Assembly: GCA_018883165.1 (NCBI GenBank)
Contig: VEQN01000001.1
Location: 21,949-85,948, forward strand
Source: Candidatus Tayloriibacteriota bacterium
GTDB taxonomy: Bacteria > Patescibacteriota > Minisyncoccia > Phycocordibacterales > CAIZLB01
Length of the DNA: 64,000 bases
Reading direction: 5' to 3'
In this document: positions 10,320-19,850 of the stretch, piece after piece
Position numbering within the stretch: position 1 is the stretch's first letter
Layout: every line of letters begins with the position of its first letter
The notes under the pieces: generated by a model
The model's input: the letters and a program-made list of their open reading frames with translations, nothing else
Database searches by the model: none
Told to the model about the DNA's origin: nothing
Position numbers and translations under genes: made by a program

Positions 10320-10320
10320 G

Positions 10321-10349
10321 TTGATTTTAAGGTTACAAAATGATATTCT
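10321..10349 (+). promoter_or_regulatory. Putative sigma70-like promoter for tRNA-Gln.
   Basis: TTGATT, a 17-nt spacer, then TATTCT, ending about 9 nt before the tRNA 5' end. Confidence 0.3.
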
Positions 10350-10358
10350 AGGCTCCAT

Positions 10359-10432
10359 TGCGAGATCGTCTAATGGTAGGACATCAGGTTTTGGTCCTGA
10401 GTATCTAGGTTCGAGTCCTAGTCTCGCAGCCA
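10359..10432 (+). tRNA. tRNA-Gln (anticodon TTG), CCA encoded.
   Basis: Cloverleaf folded by hand. Acceptor TGCGAGA/TCTCGCA with the U1:A72 pair typical of bacterial tRNA-Gln. Anticodon arm TCAGG-TTTTGGT-CCTGA, T-arm CTAGG-TTCGAGT-CCTAG, discriminator G, CCA. Confidence 0.85.
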
Positions 10433-10478
10433 ATTTGAGCTAGGTTATCCCGCTCGAGATAGGTTATAATTACTTAAC

Positions 10479-10730
10479 ATGGCACAGATAATTTTTTCAG
10501 AATATAAAGAGAAAATCAAAAAAGCAATTGACACTCGCTCGAGTATCTTAGGTATAAATGAACCTGTTTCTATAATCGACGGTTTTGTGAATCAACCAAT
10601 ACAAAATGATTTATCGGGGTCTTTTGTTATTGGCGGACCTACAATTCCTATGGTGATGCTGGTCGGCAGTCATTCTGGGCGAGTCTATTACTTTGCACTT
10701 AAAGCTCTGATACCCGATATAAACCTATGA
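10479..10730 (+). CDS. Hypothetical 83-aa protein.
   Basis: ORF with an ATGA stop/start overlap onto the next gene. Very AT-rich (about 32% GC). Confidence 0.4.
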   Translation: MAQIIFSEYKEKIKKAIDTRSSILGINEPVSIIDGFVNQPIQNDLSGSFVIGGPTIPMVMLVGSHSGRVYYFALKALIPDINL

Positions 10731-11263
10731 GTTCAGAATTTAAATTTGAAGAAAAGGCAGGGTCAATAAGTCCAAAGTCGTCCGTTGAGTCTAATCCGGA
10801 CCAAAATATACAACTTTATATTTCGAAGGCAATAACTGACTTAAAAGATAGTCAGACTGCTAATTTTATTACTATACTCGGTATTTTTGCTTCTTTTCTT
10901 GCTTTTCTAATAATTGAGATTCAAATTTTAAAAACGGTCTGTGATTATTTGCGTATAATGGGATTCAGTTTATTTATTTTAGGCGCAATATTTTGTTTCA
11001 TTACCTTTTTACTATATTTTATCGATTCAACAGGAAAGAAACTTTGGCATATTGTCTTACTATCAATACTTAGTCTGGTTCTAATTGGTGGCGGCATCTA
11101 CTCAATCTCTAAGGGTGAAGATGAGTACGTGTGTAAATTAAATCGTCTTGATACTGATTTCCAAAAGTTGCAACAAAATTTGCAAGATAAAAATGATAAG
11201 TGGTTGATCGAAAGCACAAAGGACCTCAATAATTTTAAAGCTTCCTTGCGACAAAATAAATAG
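10727..11263 (+). CDS. Hypothetical membrane protein (about 3 TM helices) with a C-terminal coiled-coil-like tail.
   Basis: Hydrophobic segments ILGIFASFLAFLIIEI, FSLFILGAIFCFITFLLYFI and IVLLSILSLVLIGGGIY. It is translationally coupled to the upstream ORF. Confidence 0.5.
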   Translation: MSSEFKFEEKAGSISPKSSVESNPDQNIQLYISKAITDLKDSQTANFITILGIFASFLAFLIIEIQILKTVCDYLRIMGFSLFILGAIFCFITFLLYFIDSTGKKLWHIVLLSILSLVLIGGGIYSISKGEDEYVCKLNRLDTDFQKLQQNLQDKNDKWLIESTKDLNNFKASLRQNK

Positions 11264-11432
11264 CGCTCGAGATACGTCGATCTACTCATGCTAAAATAGT
11301 TGAAACCGGCTTACAGGGCTTAACCTCCCACGGTTCTAGCCCGAGACAGCCAGCAGTCATGTGATAGACCGAAATACCCAAAGGGGTAACTCGCTATCGA
11401 ATATCCAATAAGTAAGTTAGTATTAACTAAGC

Positions 11433-11909
11433 ATGCAAAAAGACTCAGTCTATATCTTTAATCTCGACGGAGAAAGAATTGGCGAAAAACCAAGAGGAGA
11501 AATTGATAAGGTTTCAGATATTCTTGAAACCGTGTATGTAAAGGTGTTTATAGAAGACAAAATACTTCTCTCAAAAGTTGAGCAAAAGGACGGAGGGCTT
11601 AAGAAGTTGTACGAAGGAAAATGGGGTGCTCCCATTGCCACTATCGTCAGGGTCGATGAATTACCTGAGGATGCTTTCAGAAGAGCGTCTCTCGACGATA
11701 TCGGTGAAGTGCCGCAGGTCGTTCAGGTCCATCCTCGAGCATTCTGTGAGTTTGAGAACGGATCGAAACGCTATGTGTATGAATTTGAGGCAAGTCTTGA
11801 AAAAATACCAGTGCACAGTGCAAGGCAATTTTGTCTTCTTACTCAAGATGAATTAAAAGAAGCTATTGATGCGGGCACTGTTGCTGAAACATACATGAAG
11901 CTACTGTAA
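11433..11909 (+). CDS. Hypothetical protein (158 aa).
   Basis: Clean non-overlapping ORF. No motif recognised. Confidence 0.45.
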   Translation: MQKDSVYIFNLDGERIGEKPRGEIDKVSDILETVYVKVFIEDKILLSKVEQKDGGLKKLYEGKWGAPIATIVRVDELPEDAFRRASLDDIGEVPQVVQVHPRAFCEFENGSKRYVYEFEASLEKIPVHSARQFCLLTQDELKEAIDAGTVAETYMKLL

Positions 11910-11933
11910 TCCCCCTAGACCAAGACGGTCAGT

Positions 11934-12443
11934 TTGGTATACAAAAAGATGCTAGAATGCCTTTACAAGGTCTCACCCTACATTGTTCCAGACCAGGGAA
12001 CAACAGCAGTCATTAAGAGACCGAGACACATCAAAATCCATATGAAATATCTATATCACGGATCAACAACACAAAACATCAAAACACTAGAACCAAGAAA
12101 ACGATATACACCTCAAGGTAAGATAGATTACTCTGCCATCTACGCAAAACCCTTACCCGCTTATGCAGCAGCTCATTCCTTCCCTTGGTCAACAGATGAA
12201 GGTGTCGGATTAGATGTGGAAGAACACGGTGTCGACTTGTCGATTCCCAATAGCTTAAAGGAACGATTACAAGTACCTGTTTCTATATATAAACTAGCAC
12301 CTGACAGTTTCGAACACACTGAAGAGGAGCTGACAGGGTATACCTGGCATACAACAAAACCGATTGAGATTCTCGAGGAGGTTAAGTATCCTTCGGTTGA
12401 AGTCGCTCTGAAAGAGCTAGGTGCTAAGTTGACTTATTTTTAA
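11934..12443 (+). CDS. Hypothetical protein (169 aa).
   Basis: Clean ORF 25 nt after the previous gene. No motif recognised. Confidence 0.45.
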   Translation: MVYKKMLECLYKVSPYIVPDQGTTAVIKRPRHIKIHMKYLYHGSTTQNIKTLEPRKRYTPQGKIDYSAIYAKPLPAYAAAHSFPWSTDEGVGLDVEEHGVDLSIPNSLKERLQVPVSIYKLAPDSFEHTEEELTGYTWHTTKPIEILEEVKYPSVEVALKELGAKLTYF

Positions 12444-12630
12444 TATGCAAATGAAATGATAGTCTCAACCGACGATAATGCACGTAAATTTACTCTAGAG
12501 CACATTAGTTCTTAATTTCTTGATTCTAATCACAGTCTCACGAATATTACGGACACAACATCGGAGCAAAGCTTTAAACTATCAACTAGCAAGCTCTTTA
12601 ATTTTCAGGAGTAACAAATCAATGTATCAC

Positions 12631-13779
12631 CTACCTGTTCAACATCGCTCTTGTTGCTGGACCAACATTTCCAAGTTGAGAAATATTCTTTGCTTTCTGA
12701 TATTTCTGTACCGCCACTTTTGTTTGAGGACCGAAATTTCCATTAGCTGGTCCAGTGAAAAAACCTTCCTCTTTCAATCGTTTCTGTAGTTCAGTAACAT
12801 CAACACCTTTTGATCCCACTGAAAGATTTTTAGTAAATTGAAACTTCTGTACGGGTTTTGGAGTTGAAACAACCGGAGATGTATTTCCTGTTGATGATGT
12901 CACGGTCACATTCACTTTTGCAGTTGAGACCTGATTGTACATATCAACTGAAGTGACTGTAATTGTATGCTGTCCGACATCCTGCCTTGTTGGCACCCAT
13001 GTGAATCGGTTTCCATTGAATGTACCCGAATCAATTGTGTTACCACGCATTGAACCAGATACTCTGTATGTTGGTGACGAAATACCATACGGCTTAACTA
13101 TGAATGTTAGTGCATTACCAAATGGTAATGTTGTATTTGATACATCTTCGATCCTAATTCCTTGCACCACAATTGTTTGATATACCGTGTCGTTTCTTCC
13201 ATTCGCCCCAGTCACCCTCACAGTGAGGCTATGACTGCCCACATCCCTCTCTGTCGGTGTCCAACCGAAATTTCCATCAGAACTCATATTCCTACTTGTT
13301 ACAGTGCTGCCGTAGAAAGAATCGGATACAGAAAATTGTGGATTCACATACCCCAGAGCACTTACACTAAATGATACGTTTTTGTCTGGAAACACATGTG
13401 ATCCAGGGGTAAATGATTTGATTGAGACGACACCTGGTTCCCTAACCACAAGTGTTTGATTCACAGTCGCTTTATATCCCGTTGAATCTGTTGCAGTAAT
13501 CGTAATATTATGTGTACCGACATCAGCATATTGTGGAGTCCAATTAAACTCTCCAAACTTATTTATATGTGCATTTGAAAGTGTACTTCCCGGAAACGAA
13601 TCACTTACCGTGTATGCCATGGTACCTGTAAATCCTGAAGGTTCAACTTTAAAGGTGATGGTTGTAAATGACGCAACATCAGCATTTGGAGTAATGATAC
13701 CGATTGAAAGTGATGCGGCATATGTTGGGCATACAAAAGTAGAAAATGCTAATGAAAATATAATGAGGAATGTACGCAT
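12631..13779 (-). CDS. Secreted surface protein: signal peptide, three tandem Ig-like repeats, C-terminal peptidoglycan-binding (PG_binding_1-like) domain.
   Basis: Signal peptide MRTFLIIFSLAFSTFVCPTYAAS. Repeats F[NGT]W[TV]PT..DVG.H.[IL]T[IV] occur three times, about 90 aa apart. The C-terminus LSVGSKGVDVTELQKRLKEEGFFTGPANGNFGPQTKVAVQKYQ matches the peptidoglycan-binding fold. Confidence 0.65.
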   Translation of the reverse strand: MRTFLIIFSLAFSTFVCPTYAASLSIGIITPNADVASFTTITFKVEPSGFTGTMAYTVSDSFPGSTLSNAHINKFGEFNWTPQYADVGTHNITITATDSTGYKATVNQTLVVREPGVVSIKSFTPGSHVFPDKNVSFSVSALGYVNPQFSVSDSFYGSTVTSRNMSSDGNFGWTPTERDVGSHSLTVRVTGANGRNDTVYQTIVVQGIRIEDVSNTTLPFGNALTFIVKPYGISSPTYRVSGSMRGNTIDSGTFNGNRFTWVPTRQDVGQHTITVTSVDMYNQVSTAKVNVTVTSSTGNTSPVVSTPKPVQKFQFTKNLSVGSKGVDVTELQKRLKEEGFFTGPANGNFGPQTKVAVQKYQKAKNISQLGNVGPATRAMLNR

Positions 13780-13788
13780 ATGTACATA

Positions 13789-14823
13789 TTATACACAAAT
13801 TTCACCCACAACCACCTCAAGTGGCAATATTGGGATATATGTTTTTCCAATCTGATACTGGATTTCCAATATCTTTTTGATAACCGAAGCGGTATGAGCG
13901 GCAGGAATACCCTCAACAGTCTTTTTTATCGAATCAATCTCCTTTATATCCACCCCGCTCTTTGCTTGAATCTGAACCAAAAGAACACTTCTAAGTCTCT
14001 CTAAACACAGTTGTGAGAATAATTTTACATCAATTGAATCACTAAGTGCCAGGTGAAGGTGTTCAATTGCCTTCTGTGCATCTTTCCGTAGCAATGCTTC
14101 AGTAAATCCATTAACCAATGTAGACTTTGGAGCATTGGTAATTTCTTCCACAAACTCTCTTGAGATACTTGTACCCTTTGATGCTGATATGACTTTCTGT
14201 AGAGTACTCAGCGTATCTCTAAATGACCCATCACCAAGAAGCGCAACAAGTTCAGCACCCGAGGCATCGATTGTATATCCTTCACTTTTTGAAACCTTCT
14301 GTACAACACCAGTTAGGATATCCACTGTTGGTTTTTTAAATGTATACACTTCACATCGAGAAAGAATTGTCTCTGGTATCCTTTCAATTTCAGTTGTCGC
14401 GAGAATAAAGATGACATGCTTTGGCGGCTCTTCAAGAGTCTTCAAAAATGCATTAAATGCTGCCTTTGAGAGCATGTGTACTTCATCCAAGATATATACC
14501 TTGTATTTTGATTCAAGAGGTACCGTATTTACAGCCTCTGTAAGCGCACGAATATCATCAACACTTGTGTTTGATGCCGCATCGATTTCATACAAATCAT
14601 TTTGTGTTGTACCAATGGCACGAGCAAATATTCTTGCAATACTTGTCTTACCAGTTCCACGCGATCCGTGAAATAAATACGCATGACCGATCAATCCATC
14701 TTTTATGGATTGTTCAAGAACTGAAACTACATGATCTTGATCAACAACATCTTTAAAATCTACAGGTCTATATTTTCTATATAGTGAAATATGAGATTCT
14801 TGTGGAGTATTTTTCTTTGACAT
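13789..14823 (-). CDS. dnaX: DNA polymerase III gamma/tau subunit, short form (344 aa).
   Basis: YRPVDFKDVVDQDHV, the P-loop GSRGTGKTSIARIFARAI, ILDEVHMLS, and a SRC arginine-finger region. It lacks the tau C-terminal domains. Confidence 0.8.
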   Translation of the reverse strand: MSKKNTPQESHISLYRKYRPVDFKDVVDQDHVVSVLEQSIKDGLIGHAYLFHGSRGTGKTSIARIFARAIGTTQNDLYEIDAASNTSVDDIRALTEAVNTVPLESKYKVYILDEVHMLSKAAFNAFLKTLEEPPKHVIFILATTEIERIPETILSRCEVYTFKKPTVDILTGVVQKVSKSEGYTIDASGAELVALLGDGSFRDTLSTLQKVISASKGTSISREFVEEITNAPKSTLVNGFTEALLRKDAQKAIEHLHLALSDSIDVKLFSQLCLERLRSVLLVQIQAKSGVDIKEIDSIKKTVEGIPAAHTASVIKKILEIQYQIGKTYIPILPLEVVVGEICV

Positions 14824-14943
14824 ACCTTTGTATTTTACCCCCTATCACCAACAAAAGAAACTCATGGACTTTAATACATATATATTGTATATTCTGACAA
14901 ACCGGACAACAGTCCACAGTTCCACCACAAACCAAAACTTGCC

Positions 14944-15657
14944 ATGATACTCACCAAGAAGTTCGCACTCACATGGAAAAAACTGATCGAGGGCGCAGCG
15001 CAAGGAAAGTGCTGCAGATTCAAACGTGTGCTTTTCGAAGTTCCTGAAGGCTACCTCACTGGATCATCAACAGAAGATCCTCACACCCTGGCCTTTGCTG
15101 GACTCTCACAAAAAGCACTACACGGATACAGAAAAAGACTCGAATATGACGATGTAACGTATATCCATGCCAACTGCCTACATCTCAACGCGATTGCTGG
15201 AGGCTTGGTACTTGGGACCAGAAATACCAAGTGGATGACTCCCGATGACGACGTGTTCGTTCTACCAGGCGGCTTCTGGTACGTGAGAGCAGATGTCTAT
15301 GCGAGCACAGACGAACCTGGGGATGTCTCATTCACTTGGGCACAGACGCTCTGTGAGATTCTTTCTGGCCAATCACAGATTGAAGTCAGTGGTGGAATCC
15401 AGATGGCTTCCCCACCTGGAGACAAACCATTTAGGATCAGGCTTAAAGCGAGTAACCGTGACGACAAGAAGTTGCTTCAAATGAAAGTGCTCTTCGACAT
15501 AATCAAAGGTTCCAAACACCCATACCACGCCAAGGTTATGGCAACCTTGATTCACGTCATGCACATACTCATCATGGCTCATGAGGAGCTCCCCAAAAGA
15601 GCAAACCTTGTGAGCATCGGAATCAACGATGGCTACATTACGGGCAACATAAATTGA
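14944..15657 (+). CDS. Hypothetical protein (237 aa).
   Basis: Long ORF divergent from dnaX. No motif recognised. About 47% GC, similar to the core genes. Confidence 0.45.
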   Translation: MILTKKFALTWKKLIEGAAQGKCCRFKRVLFEVPEGYLTGSSTEDPHTLAFAGLSQKALHGYRKRLEYDDVTYIHANCLHLNAIAGGLVLGTRNTKWMTPDDDVFVLPGGFWYVRADVYASTDEPGDVSFTWAQTLCEILSGQSQIEVSGGIQMASPPGDKPFRIRLKASNRDDKKLLQMKVLFDIIKGSKHPYHAKVMATLIHVMHILIMAHEELPKRANLVSIGINDGYITGNIN

Positions 15658-15701
15658 CCCGAGGACAAAGGTGCACCTATTCGTAGGTGCACCTTCTTCT
15701 T

Positions 15702-16766
15702 TTACCGCATAGATTTCAGAAATCTTTTCACGATTTCTTCCACTTCCTCAAGAGTATTTGCTTTCTCCATCAATTCTAATCTCAACTCTTTAGCACCATC
15801 AAAATGGTTCACGTATGCTTTGTAATGTTTTTTCATAATCGCAAAGCTTTTAATATCCCCCAATTCCTTTACATACTCTCTCGTATGCTCCATCATCACG
15901 CTAAGTCTCTCTTCAACCGATGGCATATATATCTCTCCAGTATCGAAATTTCTGAAAAGCCACGGATTACCAAATATTGCTCTGCCAAGCATGACCCCGT
16001 CTGCACCAGTAGTCATTCCTTTTTCATATGCATCATTAATTGAGAGTGCATCACCATTCCCAAGAATGAGTGTCTTGTCCCCTGCTTTGTCTTTAAAATA
16101 TGCATCTCGAATCTCAACAGCACGTTTAACATGTTCCCATCGAGCCGGAACCTTAGACATTTCTTTTCGAGTTCTTGCATGGATGGTAACCACAGCAGGC
16201 TCTGCACTCAAAAGTTTTGGTAACCATGTTTCAAGCTCATTCTTGTTGTATCCGATTCTTGTCTTCACAGTAACCGGAAGATTAGGTGCACCTTCTTTAG
16301 CAGCTTTAATTACGGCAACAGCAACATCTGGGTTCTTAATCATCGCAGATCCGCAACCCTGCTTTTCTATACCCTTGTCGGGACACCCCATATTAATATC
16401 AATGCCATCAAATCCGAGTTCCTGAACAAGAGCCGCGGCTTGCTTCATATATTCTGGATGTGAGCTAAAAAGCTGTGCTACAATAGGTCGTTCAATATCT
16501 GGATTGAATTTCAAATCCCTAAGCAGTTTCATCTTCCCTTCTGGGGTGGCACGGATGAGCCCGTCAGCAGACACAAACTCTGTCCACGTAACATCAGGCT
16601 TACCATATGTATTGATCATCTTCCTAAAGGCAACATCAGTAACATCCGCCATTGGAGCGAGCACATATATCGGTCTCTTCTCAGAGTTTGTCTTCTTTTT
16701 TACATCTTTCCAGAATCCAAGATTTACCATATCTAGGATACTACTGGAGAACGGGTTTTTCTTCAA
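15702..16766 (-). CDS. dus: tRNA-dihydrouridine synthase.
   Basis: LAPMADVTDVAFR, GFDGIDINMGCPDKGIEKQGCGSAMIKNPD, and VTVKTRIGYN. Confidence 0.8.
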   Translation of the reverse strand: MKKNPFSSSILDMVNLGFWKDVKKKTNSEKRPIYVLAPMADVTDVAFRKMINTYGKPDVTWTEFVSADGLIRATPEGKMKLLRDLKFNPDIERPIVAQLFSSHPEYMKQAAALVQELGFDGIDINMGCPDKGIEKQGCGSAMIKNPDVAVAVIKAAKEGAPNLPVTVKTRIGYNKNELETWLPKLLSAEPAVVTIHARTRKEMSKVPARWEHVKRAVEIRDAYFKDKAGDKTLILGNGDALSINDAYEKGMTTGADGVMLGRAIFGNPWLFRNFDTGEIYMPSVEERLSVMMEHTREYVKELGDIKSFAIMKKHYKAYVNHFDGAKELRLELMEKANTLEEVEEIVKRFLKSMR

Positions 16767-16823
16767 GTAAACCCCTTAGTTTCAAGGAAGTTTATGATAC
16801 AATACCACCCGTAAATTAATTAA

Positions 16824-18218
<1,395 letters not shown>

Positions 18219-18227
18219 GACAAGGAG

Positions 18228-18258
18228 AAAAAACACCCTCGAGAGAGGGTGTTTTTGT
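18228..18258. terminator. Bidirectional rho-independent terminator between eno and the pilus operon.
   Basis: aaaaa-acaccctc-gaga-gagggtgt-ttttgtattt. Confidence 0.6.
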
Positions 18259-18262
18259 ATTT

Positions 18263-18706
18263 CTACTTTCTTCGTATCTTTTTCTCAGATGCTTCGTTTT
18301 GTGACGTAAGCCTTTCAATCTCAGCATTGTGAAATCTCTGAAGCATCAGTATGTGGTCTAACTTTTTCTGTAGTTCCCTGTTCTTTACTAGAGCATTCTC
18401 AATTTCACGTGGATCTTTCTTTTCAATTGCAAACGTGTTATCCATCTTCTGTTGAATTTCTTTTTCTTGTTCAGTGAGATGAAGTATGGCAACTCTCCTT
18501 CTTTGTATTTCATCTTGGTTTACTTGGATCTTATGTTCAAAGTATGCAAGTTCTCTTTGATGCTGTGATGTTTCTTGTTCTTCTTTCTTTTGCTTCTCAT
18601 AGTCTAAACGACTCTTTGACGCTTCTGCAGCAACACTTTCAAGGACATCTCGTTTTTTACCCAAGAGACCTCCCTGACTTCTGAAAAAAGAGAATTTAAA
18701 TACCAT
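18263..18706 (-). CDS. Coiled-coil protein (147 aa), last gene of the pilus-like operon.
   Basis: Q/E/K-rich heptad-like sequence. It lies 1 nt after the upstream gene on the same strand. Confidence 0.5.
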   Translation of the reverse strand: MVFKFSFFRSQGGLLGKKRDVLESVAAEASKSRLDYEKQKKEEQETSQHQRELAYFEHKIQVNQDEIQRRRVAILHLTEQEKEIQQKMDNTFAIEKKDPREIENALVKNRELQKKLDHILMLQRFHNAEIERLTSQNEASEKKIRRK

Positions 18707-18707
18707 A

Positions 18708-19445
18708 TTATTTTGTATGCGGTAACACCATCTTTATTTCCATCTCAATCTTTTGAATTTCCTGCTGAAGGCGAATCCCCTCTTGTACTTCATGTTGTTG
18801 TTTTTGTTGAAGAAAACCAAGCGCCCTTCTCTTATTGTCTACATCTTTCTCTTTATACAACCTCTCACTCTTAGCATGCTCCGCATCGAGCTCATGCTTG
18901 TTCTTTTGTGTCTCAATTTGTCTCATGGAAACACCAAGTTTTTGAATCTGTACACCTGTCTCAAATATTTCATTTTTCTCAGCAACTAATTGATGCTGGA
19001 GTTGCTGTAGCTGAGTCTCCAAATGCTTCATTGTATTTGTTTTATTGTCAGATTCTTTTCTTTTTTCTAGAATCTCTTTCTCCAACTTCTGCAGTTCTTG
19101 CCCCGCATCACTCACTTTTGCCTTGAGAGAATGTTCCTTCTCTAGAAGCCCCTGAAGGATATGTTCAATATCTTTTAGTAACCGACCATCATGTTCTATT
19201 TCCGTAGCAAGTCTTCTCGCTTCAGTTTGATGATGTGACAATTCAAGCTTCGCATGATCACGCTTGCGCTCCAAATCTGCAAGTACCTGCTTTGCACGCT
19301 CACGCTCTTGCCTCTGACGTTCTCTCTTGGCCGCTTCAATTCGTAGTCGCTCAGATGCTGCTGCATCATAGTTTAAAGATTGACCATGTGAGCCGTAGCT
19401 ACCATATGACCCATGATATCCATAGTTTGAACTGCCGTATGACAT
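18708..19445 (-). CDS. Coiled-coil protein (245 aa) with an N-terminal Ser/Tyr/Gly low-complexity region.
   Basis: MSYGSSNYGYHGSYGSYGSHG, then about 200 aa of E/K/Q/L-rich predicted coiled coil. It is packed tightly behind the pilin-like genes. Confidence 0.55.
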   Translation of the reverse strand: MSYGSSNYGYHGSYGSYGSHGQSLNYDAAASERLRIEAAKRERQRQERERAKQVLADLERKRDHAKLELSHHQTEARRLATEIEHDGRLLKDIEHILQGLLEKEHSLKAKVSDAGQELQKLEKEILEKRKESDNKTNTMKHLETQLQQLQHQLVAEKNEIFETGVQIQKLGVSMRQIETQKNKHELDAEHAKSERLYKEKDVDNKRRALGFLQQKQQHEVQEGIRLQQEIQKIEMEIKMVLPHTK

Positions 19446-19454
19446 ATGCTCATA

Positions 19455-19850
19455 TTATATCAAATATATACGGTGTTGTTCATTAAATATCTTTTTTGCA
19501 ATACGTACTTGATATGTAACATCAATGATTCTGAATTCTTTATTAACATTGAAGTGAATATACAACACCTCTCCGAGAATATTCTTCACTCTCTCTAGGG
19601 AATGTACATCAATGATTGTTTTACCATTGTATGCAAGTACCGTACCACCAGAAACACCTAAGATATTCTTAAAGTCCAACGATTTCACCTGAAGCGAAAT
19701 ATATCTTTCCATCACCTTCCTTCTGTATGTCGATTCAATTCCCTGAAATACATATTGTGTACCCATATACATATCAAGAACCACTACCCCAAGAACAGAA
19801 AGTAATGAAATATATATTGAGATTTCAATTAATGTAAATCCTTTACTCAT
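19455..19850 (-). CDS. Type IV pilin / pseudopilin-like protein (class III signal peptide).
   Basis: N-terminus MSKG|FTLIEISIYISLLSVLGVVVL: Gly at -1, Phe at +1, Glu at +5, then a hydrophobic helix. This is a canonical prepilin peptidase substrate motif. Confidence 0.65.
   Translation of the reverse strand: MSKGFTLIEISIYISLLSVLGVVVLDMYMGTQYVFQGIESTYRRKVMERYISLQVKSLDFKNILGVSGGTVLAYNGKTIIDVHSLERVKNILGEVLYIHFNVNKEFRIIDVTYQVRIAKKIFNEQHRIYLI

Noticed and set aside
11330-11352. Possible preQ1-I riboswitch, on the basis of a ggttctagc string.
   Set aside because: The P1 stem and the A-rich pseudoknot tail required for the preQ1-I aptamer could not be formed. The resemblance is limited to one 9-mer. 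It is downgraded to a generic possible structured RNA.
10433-11432. Search for a direct repeat of the tRNA-Gln 3' end (att-like site) delimiting an integrated element.
   Set aside because: Only a weak partial match (ggttc..ag..cag) was found at about 11337. There is no convincing repeat and no integrase, so the status of this region as a mobile element is unsupported.
12520-12789. 89-aa plus-strand ORF.
   Set aside because: It overlaps the 3' end of the convincing surface-protein gene on the opposite strand. It is spurious.
14944-15657. Apparent GC-rich islands at 14944-15657 and 29974-30582, and partly at 53079-53651, first suspected to be horizontally acquired.
   Set aside because: Hand counts on 60-nt samples gave about 47-48% G+C. 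That is the same as core genes such as bipA and lepA (47-50%). The genome appears bimodal: accessory genes are about 35% and core genes about 47%. Composition alone therefore does not mark these genes as foreign. Only the xylose-isomerase-like and PurO-like genes, at about 53-55% with CTG/CGC codons, stand out.
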